From contig OZ076410.1 of assembly GCA_964187785.1 (NCBI GenBank), positions 41,044,001 to 41,108,000 on the forward strand: a DNA stretch of 64,000 nucleotides. The letters are read 5' to 3'. Below the pieces are notes generated by a model. The model was not told where the DNA came from. It saw only the letters and a list, made by a program, of their open reading frames with translations, and made no database searches. Positions 12,368 to 23,992 of the stretch are shown here, piece by piece. Within the stretch, counting starts at the first letter, position 1. Each line of letters opens with the position of its first letter. The translations under genes and the position numbers were made by a program. This DNA comes from Amphiscolops sp. MND2022 (Eukaryota).

Positions 12368-13499
12368 TGGTGACAGGAGTTACCACAACCCAGGACATAC
12401 CCACCCGATCATCCAGCCTACCCCCGCCCAACATGAGATATCCAGACGATTTCGTGGACAAATTGCTCGAATCCCTGAAGAATGCCACACAACAGAGCGC
12501 GGGACTGCCCAGACTCCCGAAGGCACTCTCAACAACCATGCCCACATTTGATGGCCGCAATGACAAATTCGAGCACTTCGAGGACCTGTTTATGACGAGC
12601 CTCAAAGTATATCCAAATATCTCAGAGGAAGAGCAAATTCACTACTTCCACTCCCTCCTGAGAGGCGATGCCCTACAGACGTATCGCAATATGACAGACG
12701 CAAACCGCGCCAGTTTAGACGACATCATTACCACATTCCGAAGACGATACGTTCGCCCACAATCTATAGCCACCGCAAGATGTAAGTGGGAACAGCTTTA
12801 CTTCGACCCGACTCGCCAAACCTTCCAAGACTTCCTGGAGCAATACCAGAAATTGGCACAGGAGGCATATGGCGACGACGCCCCAAAGTTCATAGAAACC
12901 TCATTCTATGCAAAAATGCCAGCGCACTTAAAAGGAGTCCTTAACCAGGCATGACTCGAGACAGAGTCGTACGACCTGATGGTCCAGCACCTGGAACGCG
13001 AGATGGAGTTAAACGGACTCCTGGCCCCAAGCGAAACAAGTATAACAGGAGTACACCAAATCGATGTACAAGATGCCCCACAACAAACCGTCAATCCACC
13101 CAAACCAGCAGGCCCGTGTTTCGGATGTGGCAACCCAGGACATGTAATAAAGAACTGCCGGAAAACTGCTCGAGAAGCCCGCAACCGAGGCAACAGGGCA
13201 CCGACTAAGATAACAAACCCATGTGAAACCTGCGGCAAAAAGAGCCATACGACACAGGAATGTTATTCTGGCGCCAACTGGGCAAACAGACCCCAATGGT
13301 GGAAGACCCCTAAAGCAACTTCACCGAATAACATCCCGCTGCCACAGAATACACAAGGTCAGTACCCCCCAGACAACACACCAGTACATCAGCAGCCATA
13401 TAACAATCAAACAAATAGCCAAACGGGCTACCAACCCATGCTCCCGCAGACCAATCAACCTCAAAACCAAACCCACGAACTCAGCCAATCAAAAACTAA
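12013..13499 (+). pseudogene. gag: E1 gag (starts inside the LTR; in-frame TGA at 12952-12954)
   Basis: MPTFDGRNDKFEHFEDLF capsid-like region; two CCHC knuckles CFGCGNPGHVIKNC and CETCGKKSHTTQEC; colinear with the intact E2 gag. Confidence 0.92.
12368..12380 (+). promoter_or_regulatory. E1 primer-binding site TGGTGACAGGAGT
   Basis: Directly follows the LTR terminal CA; same sequence in E2 (13 nt) and E3 (12 nt). Confidence 0.9.
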
Positions 13500-16400
13500 A
13501 TATGCCACATCTTCGATTTGGGGAAACTGTCGAAACCCGACAGTACACAACATCCGAACCCCCAAATTCCTATGACCACGAAAGGAACACCGAGCGACAC
13601 GAAGAACCATCTCTCGACTGGCAGCGAAGATGGCAGATTCACAAGCTCCACAAATATAATCGCCAAAACACTGCAAAGAAAGACTACCCTCAGTGGTACC
13701 TTGACAACCCGACTGCTTACAATACTCTTAAACGACCCCTACCAGAAAACACTTCCCCTGAAACCTACTTCCACGACTCTGACTTCAACTGCGACCCATA
13801 CTATAACCCTCAACCGTATGACAAGACGACCCTAACGTTCAAACAGCAGGAATGCACGCCATTTGAAGAGTACATCAGAAAAACAGGGATGAATATTTCC
13901 ACCGAACCACGTCACAGGTCCAAAACCGTCCAACCTATCCCAGACTACAACCAGGACGCCGAACACGTGACAGAAATCCTAGTTGATATCTCACAGAACA
14001 ACGCCAAACCAATACTCAAGAAACAGGGATTCTATACCACGGCTCCCCATTCTCCACCAAAAGACCAGCCAATAAACCCTATCGTAGCCGGTATCATACG
14101 ATCCCCAACAATGGACGTGGCACCAGACAGCCACCAACATAGAAACCTCACCGACAGGACCACGATCGAAGCCGTGGACCTGGCCCCACCTACACCCAAT
14201 TCAAAGACCAACATCTCCAAACCAAAAACCAAACGAATCAAGAGATCTCTTCTCCTAGAACCCTCCGTTCAAAACGAGACACAGCTCTCACCCACTACCC
14301 TCAATAGTCAGCTAGAAGATGAAATCGACACCGATCGACACATCACAGCTGACGCAACCAACATTCAGTCTGAATTCCCATCAGGTGCTGCAAACGGCAC
14401 ACCGCAACAGGACGTTCCCAGGTCCTACCCCCCTGAGCAGACTGCAGAATATCTGAGGAACAACAAAAGTCCAGTCAGAGAAATCAACGTTGCCACCTCT
14501 CTCTCCAGTAGGCAGACCGAAAACGAAGTCGAGGACCCTCGACCCCTCAACCCGCAACTAATACACAATCTGGATCCCCCACCGGTGTTGTAAACGACAC
14601 ACCACCCCAGGACGAACCCCAGTCCTACCCCCTGGCCCAGATTGCGGAATACCTCACGAGAGACCCCATAACAAAAAAAGAGTGCATACCAATCTTTTCA
14701 GCAGTATCCCTCACAAAGAAGAAGAAAATGCTCTTCGCCCCCATGGACTTCCAGGACTTGACCCTGGACGCCCTTATTGACTCTGGCGCCCTTGTAAACT
14801 GCATCTCCGAAACCGATTACAAGAAAATCCTCCAAATGTCCCCCAAAGACATTGTTAAAGAATTGGAACCACCCCCTTTCAAACTCCAAGTCGCAAATGG
14901 CGACATTGAAACGCCCACCAAAACAATCATCCTCCAATTCGAAATCGGAGACTGGAATTTTAAGGAAACATTTATCGTGGCCAAACGACTGACAGGCCCA
15001 ATACTTGGCCTTACGTTCCTTAAAAATAACAGCGCCATCCTGGACGTGAGCCAGGGCCTGCTACATTTCCCCCACCTCACATATTCAATCGAAATCGATG
15101 AATATACCCGTAACAGGAAACTGTACAAAGTACAAATAAAGAATCCACTCACTATTCCCCCTGAAACGACACAAACAATAACAGGCTCCACAGATATACC
15201 ATCCAACGTCGACACAACCGGTGTCATCAACCCAGCCACCAACCACTGCAGTGGCGACCCCCTCGTGGTAGCCAGTTCAATCTCAACAGCCTCAAACCGA
15301 AAAATCGACATCAGAGTAACAAATACCACCCCTACACCCTATACCATCAAACGAAACACAACAATAGCAGAATTCAAAATCCTGTCCCCCGAAGAGGCAA
15401 AAGAACTCAAACCACTCAACACAGCAGCACTCAAAGTGCTCGCCGAAGACGACTCCGAAGATGCGATGGTGTACATCAACGAGCGCCTGAAAACCTCAGA
15501 AAAACCATCTCACAATCAAAACTTTTGGTTTCCTACACCAGACCACCCCGGAGACCCTGCTACCCACACCCCGATCCAGAGCCGAATTCTCCGAGAAATC
15601 AAAGAACTGGAAGAAATCCAGAAACTCGACCCAAACAACAGCGAAGAGGAACGAAAAACATTCCTCCAAAGCTTCAAATGGGACGATTCACAACTCTCCG
15701 AAGATGACAAGAAAGACATCGAAGAAATACTCATAGAGTTCAACGACATCTTTGCAAGACATCGACTGGACATTGGAATCAACCATGATTTCAAAATCAA
15801 ACTCACACCGAAAACAGACGACCCCGTCTACTCACAGAGTTTGCCCTGCCCCATTAACCTGAAAGGAGATCTGACGGTCGAATTGGCCCTAAAGCATTAC
15901 TTCGGGATTATAACCACGCTCCCGTTCAGCAAGTATGCCAGCCCATTTTCGCCCAAAGGAAGCCAAACGGCCGCCTGCGCCTACTAGTCGACCTCAGGAA
16001 AATCAACAATCTGATATCTGATGATTACATTAACAACAATCATCCAGTGAGCACACTAACAGACGCGGCGCAACACCTCGCCGGCAAGAAGTTGTTTTGC
16101 AAGCTTGATTGTTCACAAGCCTACCACGTGCTGCAAATGGCAGACCAGAAGTCCGTTCAACTTCTAGCATTCAACTTCGCCAGCAGGACATTCGCGTACC
16201 TCAGGCTAGCCCAAGGCCTGAGCCGCTCATTGTCGTCCTTTTCAAGTTTCATGAGGGAATACCTCGACAAGGCCATAAAGGCGGACAAATGCGCTCAGTA
16301 CGTGGATGACATTGGAATTGCCACCAACACTCCCGAGGAGTTAAAGAACAACTTGAGAGAGGTTTTCCAATGCATCCGCGCAGCAGGACTCCGGCTCTCC

Positions 16401-19226
16401 ATGGCCAAATGTCAGTTCGGCGCCAAGGAAGTCGAATTCCTTGGGCGAACAATTTCCCCAGCAGGGGTGGCACCCCAGAGCCACAAGATCCAGAAACACC
16501 TTCAGACCATCAAATTCCCCCGGACGAAGAAGGGACTTCAAAGATACATCGGCTTCGTAAATTACTACAGAAACTACATTCCCCGATTATCAGAGAAGAT
16601 TGCCCCATTTCATGAACTCATCAAATCAGACAAGCCAGTCAAGGTAGATCAGGAACTCATATCCAATTTTGAAGCTATCAACAAATCGTTAGACAACGCA
16701 TGCGGCCTTTGGCTCAAACAGCCACTGCCAAACCGGCAGTACGTACTAATGACAGACGCAAGCTTCAGGATTGCCGGATATGCCTTGATGACTGAGGAAG
16801 ACACGGAGCAAAAGATCACCTCCACCAGGAAGACTTACGCTCCAGTGGCATTTGGCTCTAAAACTTTTTCACCATCCCAGTTGAAGATGTCAATCTATGC
16901 CAAAGAATTCTTAGCCATCTATTTCGCTTTCATGGAATATAGTCACATCTTGTGGGGTTCATCCAAACCGACTATTGTCTTAACCGACAATAAATCAGTC
17001 ACCAGGTTTTTCCAAACCAAGATGATACCACCCTCCCTCTGGAATGCCTGCGATTTTGTTCTGCAATTTCACTTTAAAATCGCCCATGTGCCGGGAAGGA
17101 TGAATACAGCAGCTGATTTCCTCTCCCGATTAGACATTAGCCCCAAAGAAAAAGTCCTTCTCCAAATCAGAGAAGACATTCAAACAACGCCGATCCAGGT
17201 AAACATACAATCCTCCGACATCCATGAAGAAGATCAGTTCTATTTTTTACCAGAGGACGACACTGAGACCGAAGAAGACATTTGGGAGTGTAAACAACAA
17301 GCCAGGAAACAGATCTACACACCCCATGACCAGAACTCCGACCCCAAGAGTGAAACTGTCCAAACCATCTCCCAACCCGAGAACCTACCCTTGGTCTGCA
17401 ACAACATCCAAGACCCAGAGCAAGAACAGCGGCGCCAACTTCACAGTGACACAAGCTTCCCGCGCAGTCTGAGACCGTACCAAGACCAGGACCCCGTCCT
17501 CAGAAACCTCAAACTGAAAATCCTAAAAGAACCGTACGACACCCAACTTCTGAACGACGACCCCAGAGCGGCCAAATACCTCACACAAGATGACCGCATC
17601 ATCATAAAAGATGGACTCCTGTATCGACAATATTTTGGCGATACAGGGAAAGTCAAGTACTTGCAAGTACTACTCCCCCAGCAACTGGTTGATGAATTCA
17701 TACAACACCACCATGGCAAATTCGGGAAACATCCAGGTATAGCTAAAACCATCCAGCATTGCCGCGAAAAGTACTACTTCCCGGGGCTAGCCGCCCGAAT
17801 AGCCACCCACATTGCACAATGCCCAGAATGCGCTCAGACGAAAAGGATACCAAATGCAATGGGTCCAGAAGACGCACTACAAATGGACATCGTCCTCTTT
17901 GACGACCCTTCGGGAGGATACACTGCAGTCATCACAGCGATGGATGTATTCTCCCGTTATCTATTCGCGTATAGCGTCGCCAGAATCGACACCAAGACTG
18001 TCACACGGGTCCTTACAGATATCATCACAAAACACTGCTATCTCCCAACAACGATAATCACGGACAAAGGATCCCAGTTCATATCGGAGGCAATGCAACA
18101 AACAACAGCCATTCTCGGAATCCAACTGAAACATGCCACCACCAAACATGCCCAGACGATAGGCATCCTAGAAAGGACACACGCCTCGCTCAAAGAAAGC
18201 CTAAAAATCATGACGGGAGAGAGGCGAACGATGTGGCACCAATTCTTACCAATGGCAGTATTAAATTACAACACTTCCTACCACACATCATTAGGCTGCG
18301 AACCCAGCCGAGTTTTCCATGGAAGAGTGCCCTACAACGTACTCGACCTAAAGTACGGTCTTAAACCCCAGGCCACTGCCCCAACTAACCACGAAATAGC
18401 TGAGGGAGTGTTACAACAAACACAAGAAATCCTCAACCAGAGCCAACAAGCCCTGATGCAAGCCTACGTCCGACATAAGCGTTAGTATGACCGGAAAGCA
18501 TCAGCACACCCCTTGGTAGTAAACGACTACTGCTATGCTTTGCATCCAAAGGCGCATAGCCAAGCGACGAAATTGCCGTTTCGGGAATACCTTTGGACGG
18601 GACCATATATCGTGGTCGAAACCCTACCCAACAACAACTATCTGATACGCAAACTCCAGACCAATTTCACACAGATCCTGCACAGAATCAGGCTACGCCC
18701 CTTCGCAAGCAGCCACAAGCTGCCTGACATTACAGTCCCACCCAAGGATTTCCAGCAGGATACAGAGGTAGCCATACAGCACGACGACCTCTTCGCAATG
18801 GCGTGGGAAAAACTTTACAAAGAATGCCCTAACCAACCCGAAAATAAACAATTACCCGAACTTGAAGTGATCCAACCAACCCCAGAAACAATCAATGACC
18901 CCACCCACCCCGGCCCCCCAAGCCCTAACCTAGTATACGACCCCGAAATCATTTCTAACCACCCAAGTGACCAGACACAGGACCCACCAATCGATATCGA
19001 TGATGAACCCGAAAATAATACACCCGCACCTCAATCCCCCCGGAAATCCCACTACAACCTTCGAAAAAACCCGACGTCAAATTGGAAACCAGATTATGCC
19101 TATTACAATGCCCTAACAGCCAATTCAACAAACTTGGCATATTCTTCCGACGGACTGGACAACGGCCCAGAATTACAGGTTTTAGCGGACCTCGGCCCAG
19201 ACGGCAGTCCGAGATCAGAAAATTAA
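13490..19226 (+). pseudogene. pol: E1 pol (extra N-terminal domain - PR - RT - RH - IN), broken by frameshifts near 13495, 14550 and 15945 and a TAG at 18483
   Basis: LIDSGA (PR), QYVDD (RT), TDASF and AKEFLAI (RH), HHGKFGKHPG..CPEC, TDKGSQF and WTGPY (IN). Confidence 0.95.
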
Positions 19227-19571
19227 TCAGGCCCAGGCACTGGCCTGGACCACAATCCTATGACCTGACTTCAAATCTTTTCAAATTACAATGGCTTTCA
19301 CTCACTCTACTGTACTCTACGACTTGGATGAAAACAATACAGAGGCAAAATACTAAATTCACAGACCCACAAGGATCATGGAGCCGCCTCATCTTTTATT
19401 TTTTCCTCTAATTTTTCTTCTTTGCCCTACTCAGACAGAGAGCAATTTTAAAAATTACATTTGAAATGGAAAATGGAACCATAGAACGTTCTACAAAGAA
19501 AAACAGCCAACAATATACACAAGGCAGATAATACAAAGTTCATCAACAAGAAGCATATACAACAAAAGTTT

Positions 19572-22029
19572 TCAACCAGATTTGCCGGAACGACAAGGTT
19601 TCTTCCCACCAGGCTTCGACGAAGATACGGTCGCTGACACACCTTGACTAATATCTGAACCACCATGGGAACAGACATCAATAACTGCAGCAGGGCCAGA
19701 AACCATCCGAGAAGTCCTTTGGACCGAAGACATCCGAGCCCTCCACTCATCAACCTGCCCAGAATAGTAGGCAGTATAACACTGGAATAAACTGTTGTAA
19801 ACGTCTTCCACAGGATGACGATTTACATCAACCCAAGGATCAAACGAATCCCGAGCAAGAAAATGGTGACCAACGGGCAGGTTGATCTTCAATTCTTCCA
19901 CGCAATCCAAAGTTAGAAGATCCGATGACATAAACTTTGGGTGCAGAACAAAGGACTGAACGGCATAAAGACCGGACCGAATCACACTGGCTGGCAAGTT
20001 GGTCCCACTAACAGATATATCCACAGCCGGCATAACACTAGACACGGGACACACAATGACCCGTACAAGACGAACCACCTGTCGGACATGGGATCGGCAC
20101 TGGTAACTCCCAATGGTCTCTAAATATTCAAAAACGTCAGCAATCTGAGATGAATCCACCGACAACTGGCTCAAATCCACAACCAGCGATTTAAACTCAT
20201 TAACAGAGGACTCCCGATCCAGATCATCCAGATACCCAGTCTCTTGCAGACAAACAACGAGATCCTCAAACAGTCTGATGACATAATCAGCATCGCCCCC
20301 AACAACATATCCACACTGAGGCAGCTCAGAGAACGGGCAATACGAGAATTGGCATAGGCAGAAGAACTCAATTGCTTGAGAAGCTCCAATAAATAACTTT
20401 GACACTCCCGTAGAAAGGACCGACGCGGAGACTCCTCGAATCCTCGCAGAGCTTTCTGGATGCTCAGCTCACCTTGGAGACACTCACCCACGGGTACATT
20501 AGCCCAGCTATTGAGCGGCTTGTCAATGTAGTCGAACCAATCATCGACGGACGGCAGCTGACTCACCTTCTTGACTTTACTCAGCAAGCTCCAGTAAAAG
20601 AAGCAGAAGTCTGTGAAACTCCTACATGCATAATCCCGGACATTGGCGTCAAAGAACTTCTTACAGTTTGCACGAAAACACAACAGGACAACATGCAACA
20701 GTGCCAGTCGCGGAAGACCTAACCAATCTGAACACAGCAAGGAGTCCAAATCCACTACATTGGCAGACTTCTTCATCACAGACACGTCATTAGACAGACA
20801 CAGCTTCACATCTGCCCAATGGTCCAACAGCTCCTGCAACACCTCACAAAAGACACTGACAGGCACGTCACCGGACTCCAAACAGAGACGCAGTTGAGGC
20901 AATTCCAGCAACCACGCTTGCTGACAAACTCTCTTGAGACGCTGCACGAGGTACTCGATGGTGGCAAAAGGATCCACGGAGCCCACGCACGAAAAGCTAG
21001 CATCGTTCACGAGCCGGCGCAAAAGCTCGATACTGAAGGTCACGGAGACGAGGGGCACAGGACGCCTCACTAGCCGGCACCAATCAACATAAGCATTGAA
21101 GAGGACCGGAGAACAATTTTCAATTGCAACATGACCACGACGAGTAGAAACCAGTGACAGGACCCGGGACAGACAACGAATGTAGGCCTCAATTGAGACA
21201 GTGCCATAATCCTCTTCCACAATACAGATCTCGCGTACGGAATCACCAGAACAGCAGCGGACCGTACACTTCACCCCGGAGGATGAAGACTGCAAAGCCA
21301 AACTGGAAGAGCTGTCTCCTAGCCATGATTTCACACGCCGAAGAACACGAGGATATAAGGTCTGCACTAACACGACCACAGTCTCCGTCTTGCTCCACGT
21401 GACTGACGCATATGGGCTTTCCACAGGCAGAGTAGTTCGGAATTGATTCCACAAGCGGCGTAGAAAGGCCTGGGAACCACCGCTCCTTAGCAGCTCCAAC
21501 AAGCAACCGACGAGAGTAGTAGGAGGGACGTTGGACGGGACGCCAACCAACGCATCCACCTCATCCTCCAAGAACTTGTTCATTCGCCCCAGAACAACGG
21601 GGGGAGTCTTCTCAATCTCAGCCCGCAGGTCAGCCGAGATTTCTGCAACCGGAATGGCATCGAGTTTATCTGTATAAATAAAGTCCTCATGGTCATGCCG
21701 ATACCTCTGGTCCTTTGCTAGGTGCCCCTTGCATTTGAAATGACGCCATATACCACGGGGCCCTCGTGACAGAAATGAGACGTCCTTGCGGCAAATGGCA
21801 CAATTAAAACCATTCGGACTTTTATCATTGCGCCGGCTTACAAATAATCGAGGCACAGGATGGTTACTCATAGCCTTTGTCAGCACGTGTCGCTCAGTTT
21901 TCTTCTTGGTTTTTTCTTCGTCTCGAGCGAGCAGCTTCTCTTTCTTCAACTCAACTGGATCCAAGAAACGACCGGGATCACTAGCATCGATACCTTTAGA
22001 CTTCAGCAACTGCGACAGCTCCTCAAACT
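19572..22029 (-). pseudogene. duplicated orphan last exon of the E1 antisense gene, frameshifted (G6 to G5 near 20298)
   Basis: ORFs 20171-22051 and 19572-20405 together reproduce ORF 23993-26473. Confidence 0.9.
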
Positions 22030-22200
22030 CTAAAACAAGAAACAACAACAACTCATAAAATAAACTCTACACAACACCAACCCAGAATGTACAAGCACAG
22101 TATAAAGCAGAAAAGACCACAGAACAAACAGATGAAACAACCAATGTACCGCGGAAGGAAACGGAAAATACAAAACTACAACACCGAAAATTTACTAACG

Positions 22201-23646
22201 ATGCCCAGAATGCGCTCAGACGAAAAGGATACCAAATGCCAACATCACACCCCCGCTCATCGAAATGTCCAAAATAGCAATGGGTCCAGAAGACGCACTA
22301 CAAATGGACATCGTCCTCTTTGACGACCCTTCGGGAGGATACACTGCAGTCATCACAGCGATGGATGTATTCTCCCGTTATCTATTCGCGTATAGCGTCG
22401 CCAGAATCGACACCAAGACTGTCACACGGGTCCTTACAGATATCATCACAAAACACTGCTATCTCCCAACAACGATAATCACGGACAAAGGATCCCAGTT
22501 CATATCGGAGGCAATGCAACAAACAACAGCCATTCTCGGAATCCAACTGAAACATGTCACCACCAAACATGCCCAGACGATAGGCATCCTAGAAAGGACA
22601 CACGCCTCGCTCAAAGAAAGCCTAAAAATCATGACGGGAGAGAGGCAAACGATGTGGCACCAATTCTTACCAATGGCAGTATTAAATTACAACACTTCCT
22701 ACCACACATCATTAGGCTGCGAACCCAGCCGAGTTTTCCATGGAAGAGTGCCATACAACGTACTCGACCTAAAGTACGGTCTTAAACCCCAGGCCACTGC
22801 CCCAACTAACCACGAAATAGCTGAGGGAGTGTTACAACAAACACAAGAAATCCTCAACCAGAGCCAACAAGCCCTGATGCAAGCCTACGTCCGACATAAG
22901 CGTTAGTATGACCGGAAAGCATCAGCACACCCCTTGGTAGTAAACGACTACTGCTATGCTTTGCATCCAAAGGCGCATAGCCAAGCGACGAAATTGCCGT
23001 TTCGGGAATACCTTTGGACGGGACCATATATCGTGGTCGAAACCCTACCCAACAACAACTATCTGATACGCAAACTCCAGACCAATTTCACACAGATCCT
23101 GCACAGAATCAGGCTACGCCCCTTCGCAAGCAGCCACAAGCTGCCTGACATTACAGTCCCACCCAAGGATTTCCAGCAGGATACAGAGGTAGCCATACAG
23201 CACGACGACCTCTCCGCAATGGCGTGGGAAAAACTTTACAAAGAATGCCCTAACCAACCCGAAAACAAACAATTACCCGAACCTGAAGTGATCCAACCAA
23301 CCCCAGAAACAATCAATGACCCCACCCACCCGGCCCCCCAAGCCCTTACCTAGTATACGACCCCGAAATCATTTCTAACCACCCAAGTGACCAGACACAG
23401 GACCCACCAATCGATATCGATGATGAACCCGAAAATAATACACCCGCACCTCAATCCCCCCGGAAATCCCACTACAACCTTCGAAAAAACCCGACGTCAA
23501 ATTGGAAACCAGATTATGCCTATTACAATGCCCTAACAGCCAATTCAACAAACTTGGCATATTCTTCCGACGGACTGGACAACGGCCCAGAATTACAGGT
23601 TTTAGCGGACCTCGGCCCAGACGGCAGTCCGAGATCAGAAAATTAA
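22201..23646 (+). pseudogene. pol: second copy of the integrase core and C-terminus
   Basis: Duplicate of about 17819-19226; retains 39 bp that are deleted in copy A. Confidence 0.92.
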
Positions 23647-23992
23647 TCAGGCCCAGGCACTGGCCTGGACCACAATCCTATGACCTGACTTCAAATCTCT
23701 TCAAATTACAATGGCTTTCACTCACTCTACTGTACTCTACGACTTGGATGAAAACAATACAGAGGCAAAATACTAAATTCACAGACCCACAAGGATCATG
23801 GAGCCGCCTCATCTTTTAATTTTTCCTCTAATTTTTTCTTCATTGCCCTACTCAGACAGAGAGCAATTCTAAAAATTACATTTGAAATGAAAAATGGAAC
23901 CATAGAACGTTCTACAAAGAAAAACAGCCAACAATATACACAAGGCAGATATTACAAAGTTCATCAACAAGAAGTATATACAACAAAAGTTT

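Noticed and set aside
22200-22201. Duplication breakpoint at a splice donor as proof of an RNA-mediated event
   Set aside because: The intron is retained in both units and the other breakpoint is unremarkable; coincidence cannot be excluded.
23869-23992. Acceptor-like tttttctttgtag downstream of the antisense stop, suggesting a sixth exon
   Set aside because: No convincing donor or conserved peptide shared with E2.
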